A stretch of 64,000 nucleotides of DNA from Tetramitus jugosus (lineage: Eukaryota; Protista; Heterolobosea), in NCBI GenBank assembly GCA_937625935.1, contig OW569346.1:186001-250000 (forward strand), read 5' to 3'. A program made the translations under genes and the position numbers. Under the pieces are notes generated by a model that was given only the letters and a program-made list of their open reading frames with translations, did no database searches and was not told where the DNA came from. How positions within the stretch are numbered: the first letter of the stretch is position 1; the number at the start of each line of letters is the position of its first letter. This document shows, one piece after another, positions 59,436 through 64,000 of the stretch.

Positions 59436-61523
59436 ATGAAGGAAACAAACCAAGTGAATCACTCCCAATCGCTCTTCCATTTAACACTCTCCCTGGACAA
59501 GGTACTGTTGCCCCGGGCAGCAAAAGCCCTATCTTGCCAGTTGTTGATACCAGATCAGGAACAGGAGGGACATGCAACAACGAAAAGGAGAAATGAGAGA
59601 GATCAACAACACGCATGTGCAAATTCGAGCGAAGAATGGATATGCATCGATAGGACTGAACCCAGACAACTTGAACAAACAAGCACGGTCGTGTCATTTG
59701 ACTTTGAGACAAGGCTACACATGATTCATGTGTTTCACAAGGTTCAACGGTTGCAATTCGTTGTCCATTTGCATGATCAGGTAGATTATGGGTGTGGGGT
59801 GGCATTTGCCTCCAGTTCTGTCATTCAATTCAATGATCTCATCTTTCACCATGCTTCCTCCACCATCATTGGCAGCAATGAAGACATTGAAAAGGGCAGA
59901 GAGGATGATTGTCATCTGATTGAACTGTTTTCGATAGCGTTAGATAATGATAGAGCATCAAATAACAAAATAAGAAAGCGTTCCCCTGTTGGATTCTTGA
60001 GAATTAATACCGTTGAAACCAGTACGGGTCATGACATTGTACGCTTGTCGTTATCTGCCAGGCATCTACCAATCACCGACTGTATTATGGATCACAGTTC
60101 TGACCCTTATCTAACGATTGAAAAAGAGATTTCAAGTGCCAATCAATCTCTGCTTGTTGAAGTGGCACGTACGTCTGTCATGAGAAGAACTTGCGATCCC
60201 GATTGGGAGGATATTGTCATTTCAGTGTTGAACCTATGTGACAATGAATTCAACAAACCAGTTGTTATATCGATTTGGGATTGGGATCCAAGCAGTTCAA
60301 CTAACGAACTGATATCTAGAGTACGAACAACTGCAAGTTACCTTATTCACAACTCCAATCAGGGCAATGCTTTGCCAATGATTACGAGTATATCGAGATC
60401 AAATATGAACCGAGCAGCTCTAAGTAGTGAATCGCATGTTCCTACTTTAATGATCAACAGTGTATCCATATCAAAGGGCGGATCGTTTGTGTCACATTTC
60501 TTTCCCTCTAGTGGTGACTGGGAACTAAAGTTAATGCTTGGGGTTGACTTTTCATCCAATGATGGCGAGCCTGGAACCTCCTTTTCTGCCCACAGTCCAA
60601 TAGACACAGAAAACAATTACTTGAGAACAATTGAACAAATAGCCTCAGTGATCTTTCCATACAATCATTCAAAGGAGGCGCACATGCTCGGTTTTGGGAC
60701 GCAATTATTCACAGAAGAAGAAAAGGACAAGAGCTTCAAAGCCATGCTCAATCATTCCTCTGATCAAAGTGACTTGCCTATTGTCTGTATTTCCGACCTG
60801 ACATCTAGTGAAAACGACGATGCCCATCATGTTTTCCCATGTGGCGGTTCTCTTTTGAATGCACCAAGCAATGAACAAGATAGCATTATTCGTGATATTC
60901 AATCTGTCAACGATATTGTGAATAATTACAAGGTGACACTACAACGAGTCAGTTCTCATACACCTATGAAAGTAGAAATTGTTAGCGATGGAAGCTATTA
61001 TGCTCCTGTATTATCCAAGATGCTTGATATAGTGGAGCGAGAAGTGGCAGGTAAACAAAGGAGGAAACGACACGGAAAGAAAGTTTATTATACTATTTTC
61101 ATGTTGGTGGGAGAAACATTCTTGGATACAAAACAAACATTGTCTCAGCTCATAAGATCCAGCAAACTGCCTGTAAGTATCATATTTGTGGGTGTGCGAA
61201 ACGACTTGAATGAAACCGAATCTCTCAGCAGCTCCGAGGTACCTGTGGACACTTTTCAAAAGGTAAAACAAGTTGTCAACTCCAGTGGGCGGAATCTGCT
61301 TCGGGATGGTTCCTCCTATGCACAACGAGCCAATCTGACATTTGTCGAAGTTTCGAATGACTCGAATCGACAGCCAATCGAAGGAAGAACTCTTCTCTCG
61401 TCCATTCCCCAACAATTCATGTCTTACCGATCAAGTAATGCCGCCATGCACAAACTCAACATTAGTCAGCCAAAGAAACAACGGCAAATACAAAATGCCA
61501 CCATAAAACTAATCATTTTGTAG
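59436..61523 (+). CDS. Divergent copine-like protein (C2 + vWA)
   Basis: C2: LSARHLP...SSDPYL...DPDW...IWDWD; vWA: LMLGVDFSS, LGFG, SKLPVSIIFVGV. Confidence 0.72.
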   Translation: MKETNQVNHSQSLFHLTLSLDKVLLPRAAKALSCQLLIPDQEQEGHATTKRRNERDQQHACANSSEEWICIDRTEPRQLEQTSTVVSFDFETRLHMIHVFHKVQRLQFVVHLHDQVDYGCGVAFASSSVIQFNDLIFHHASSTIIGSNEDIEKGREDDCHLIELFSIALDNDRASNNKIRKRSPVGFLRINTVETSTGHDIVRLSLSARHLPITDCIMDHSSDPYLTIEKEISSANQSLLVEVARTSVMRRTCDPDWEDIVISVLNLCDNEFNKPVVISIWDWDPSSSTNELISRVRTTASYLIHNSNQGNALPMITSISRSNMNRAALSSESHVPTLMINSVSISKGGSFVSHFFPSSGDWELKLMLGVDFSSNDGEPGTSFSAHSPIDTENNYLRTIEQIASVIFPYNHSKEAHMLGFGTQLFTEEEKDKSFKAMLNHSSDQSDLPIVCISDLTSSENDDAHHVFPCGGSLLNAPSNEQDSIIRDIQSVNDIVNNYKVTLQRVSSHTPMKVEIVSDGSYYAPVLSKMLDIVEREVAGKQRRKRHGKKVYYTIFMLVGETFLDTKQTLSQLIRSSKLPVSIIFVGVRNDLNETESLSSSEVPVDTFQKVKQVVNSSGRNLLRDGSSYAQRANLTFVEVSNDSNRQPIEGRTLLSSIPQQFMSYRSSNAAMHKLNISQPKKQRQIQNATIKLIIL

Positions 61524-61575
61524 GGACAAGAGGGAGCCAAAAGATTACAAATTATATGATTGAATTTATATGTCA

Positions 61576-62157
61576 CTATTGCACAAAAAATGAAATTTGA
61601 GAGGAAAGAGGCACAGCTTGATACGCTCCACCATCGAAAACACCCAACCAATAGCATTTGGCCATTGCTACACCCAATCCAACCGCATTCAACGCAATAA
61701 ACATCAATTTTGGAAGCAATGTTGATATTTTCTCCTTTTCAAACATCTCAAATGTCGCGTTCGTCGAAAACAATGCCTTCAAAGGTTCCATGAGCGCCAT
61801 TGCTGTAATCAAAATCGGGAAAATATGAATTTGATTTCCCGACATGTACATCAACACACATTTGAGCGCCAAATTCCCCAGTGGAGATCGGGCCAATTCC
61901 CACACTTTCTTTTCCTTTAGTTCTCTGTCCTTGGTCTTGTGTTGTTCGATGGATGTATTCTGTGGTTGACTTGTCGGAGTATTTGGAGAGGCATGAGAAA
62001 TGGCGGGCTCGGAGAATCCAAGTGGAGATTCTATTATGAGGTCATTGTCACTTGAGATGATTTGTTTTTGTTGTTGAGCGTTTGTGGGCACATTGATCTG
62101 CCATTTGCGCTTGCCTGATGATGATGATGATTGCTTTGATGATTGTTTTGATGACAT
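61576..62157 (-). CDS. EMC4: ER membrane protein complex subunit 4
   Basis: KKVWELARSP...MYMSGNQIHIFPI...PLKAL...AKCYWLG pattern of EMC4/TMEM85. Confidence 0.85.
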   Translation of the reverse strand: MSSKQSSKQSSSSSGKRKWQINVPTNAQQQKQIISSDNDLIIESPLGFSEPAISHASPNTPTSQPQNTSIEQHKTKDRELKEKKVWELARSPLGNLALKCVLMYMSGNQIHIFPILITAMALMEPLKALFSTNATFEMFEKEKISTLLPKLMFIALNAVGLGVAMAKCYWLGVFDGGAYQAVPLSSQISFFVQ

Positions 62158-62306
62158 TTTTGAGCGCTCTCTTGTGTTGTGCTTTTTGTTTTGGTTTGGT
62201 TCCAACAATTTTCGCAAGGAATTTTTGATTGAATGTTCAACAAAGAAAGAAAAAGCAAATTGTTGTATTTGTTGTTGGTGGAGAGACATGTCCTGGCCAA
62301 ATGAAA

Positions 62307-63280
62307 TTATTCCTCAATGTCCATGTAGTCAGAGAACAGTGCGTCATCATCTGCCGAGCTGGAATCATATAAATTGGCTTGTTGTTGCTGTTGCTGCTGG
62401 TAGATTGGATTCGCGTAAGGAGTTGACTGTGGGTGAATGTACTGTGATTGGGATTGTGGATAAAGTGGTTGTGTTTGTGGAGCAGATAAGCCTGTTACAG
62501 GGGCAGCAGAGACATTGGCTACTCTGCTGCTCTGACTGGATGCAGTGTCACCGCTGGTGCTTCTCGTACTCGAGCTCCTGCTCGTCGTTTGATCTTGAGC
62601 TTCTCTCTGCTGTCTTCGCTTGATCTCATTGGCATAGTGCAATAGAACATATTCATACATCTTTCTTACTTCACGAACTTCTGTATCTGCCATTAGAATT
62701 GGCAACGACAGCACACGCTCAAAAGTGTCCAGAGCTCGATAGGCATCCCTCAATTCAAACAAGTACTGATGTGCCCACTTGTTTCTCACTTGCTTGAGTT
62801 CAAACAGATAGTTACGGAATGAAGGACTCAATGGAGTATTAGGAACCTTCTGTATATCAGGCCACGCACTTTACAAAAATTACAATGAGAAACAATCGAA
62901 CCTTAAAAAAAAAGAAGTTGCAAGAAGCCACAAACAACAACTACTATCGACAAAGACACATACCGTATCAGTAGATTTATAATGTTTTGAGCGTCCAAGT
63001 GATCGATATCACTCTGTGGTGGAGCTCCACCTGTTTTTTGAGCAGTGTAATCAACCGGCGTCATTAACATGGCTCTCATTTTTGCAACATATTGTTCACC
63101 GTACATGTACCGCATCAATTGCTTCACCAATGGTTCATAGAGTGTCGTAAAGTACTTTAGGCATTTCCCAATCATGGTATTAATTTTTTCGTGCATGGGC
63201 ACAGGAGAACTACTACTGTTGTTACTCGGTGTTTCATTGCGCCGTTGTTGTTGGGCTGTGTTGCTTGCTGTCGTTGACAT
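62307..63280 (-). CDS. Swt1-like HEPN domain protein; exons 63280-62964, 62868-62307
   Basis: Intron 62869-62963 joins LDAQNIINLLIR|AWPD; ELKQVRNKWAHQ (R-x4-H), DAYRALDTFERVL. Confidence 0.75.
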
Positions 63281-63431
63281 TCTGCTGTTGTTGTTTGTGA
63301 GTCAATCGAGTGAAAATTGCGATCGAGACAGTTACAAAACTCCGGCAAAAACTGTTTGTTGCGCAACTGTTGGTTTGGTCTACAATCGACACAAGAGTTC
63401 TCCGCCATTGAAATCGTCAAATGGGTTTAAC

Positions 63432-64000
63432 ATGAGCAAATCCATGGATCAACCATCACTGGAAAGACATAGAGATCTGTACAATGTTGCTCAGGTGGTC
63501 GATGTTGAAAAGGGCAATGTTTCACTTCTAGTTCCTCTTTCTTCTCCTCTACACCAACTCATGCTCATCCCTGAATCACTGTCTTCTGACTCTGACCTAT
63601 TGTTGGATGAGGAGTCAATGAGACCTATACCCATGACTTCAAAGATCTCGCACAGTGCGAAAGTCAGAGACACTGCCGCATCCTCAGTGAGACACATCCA
63701 AAGAACAGAATCTATAGATTCGACACTTGAGACCCCTCGAAAGCTGAATGAAACTACTATACGAGTTATGAATACTTGTATCGAACAGATTGATGATTTG
63801 AGGGAACGAGTCAAGAATAGCAGAAAGTCAGGGATTAGCTCACGAACTGTGTATTGTCAAACTGACATCGATATCGCGCACTATGTAGAAGAGGAAACAC
63901 GAGTTTACATAAAGAGTTTGCATGAGAAAACTCAAACTAAAGTCAATGGGTATGAAGAGTATATAGAGAAGCTCGCACATGCTCATCTCGAAGAAATGAA
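63432..64000 (+). CDS. Hypothetical protein, runs off the window end
   Basis: Open frame from ATG 63432 (MSKSMDQPSLERHRDLY...) with no stop to 64000. Confidence 0.6.
   Translation, partial: MSKSMDQPSLERHRDLYNVAQVVDVEKGNVSLLVPLSSPLHQLMLIPESLSSDSDLLLDEESMRPIPMTSKISHSAKVRDTAASSVRHIQRTESIDSTLETPRKLNETTIRVMNTCIEQIDDLRERVKNSRKSGISSRTVYCQTDIDIAHYVEEETRVYIKSLHEKTQTKVNGYEEYIEKLAHAHLEEM

Overview
Gene-dense eukaryotic (protist) nuclear DNA: about 28 protein genes, short intergenic spacers, GT-AG spliceosomal introns (GTAWGT-type donors) and many CAA/AAC/TAC microsatellite-derived homopolymer tracts. An axonemal dynein intermediate chain plus a VCA-type Arp2/3 activator suggest a flagellate or amoeboflagellate; a heterolobosean-like organism is plausible but not demonstrable here. 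Recognisable genes: WDR78/DNAI4, a STE20 Fray/OSR1-like kinase, RPS29 (missed by the ORF track), dihydropyrimidinase, Polo kinase, UBA1, an ankyrin-DHHC palmitoyltransferase, a CHCHD2/Mix17-like protein, a TRIP12/UPL3 HECT ligase, DHODH, an S41 peptidase, a Ser/Thr kinase-AAA-GAF-His kinase-receiver hybrid, TRM11, a COG0523 GTPase, RPN9, a copine-like protein and EMC4. Most interesting: (1) a 5'-truncated, polyadenylated non-LTR retroelement with a perfect 16-bp target-site duplication, inserted head-to-head 87 bp upstream of a tRNA-Arg(UCU) gene, reminiscent of Dictyostelium TRE5 targeting; (2) the two longest introns (UBA1 intron 2, RPN9 intron 1) each show extensive nested stems with sense-strand G-U pairs, so they are candidate intronic structured RNAs; (3) an intron-containing standalone Swt1-like HEPN RNase of the bacterial DUF499-associated type; (4) a SHOCT/coiled-coil/VCA actin nucleation-promoting factor with a non-canonical N-terminus. 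All calls are by eye from motifs; no database search was run.
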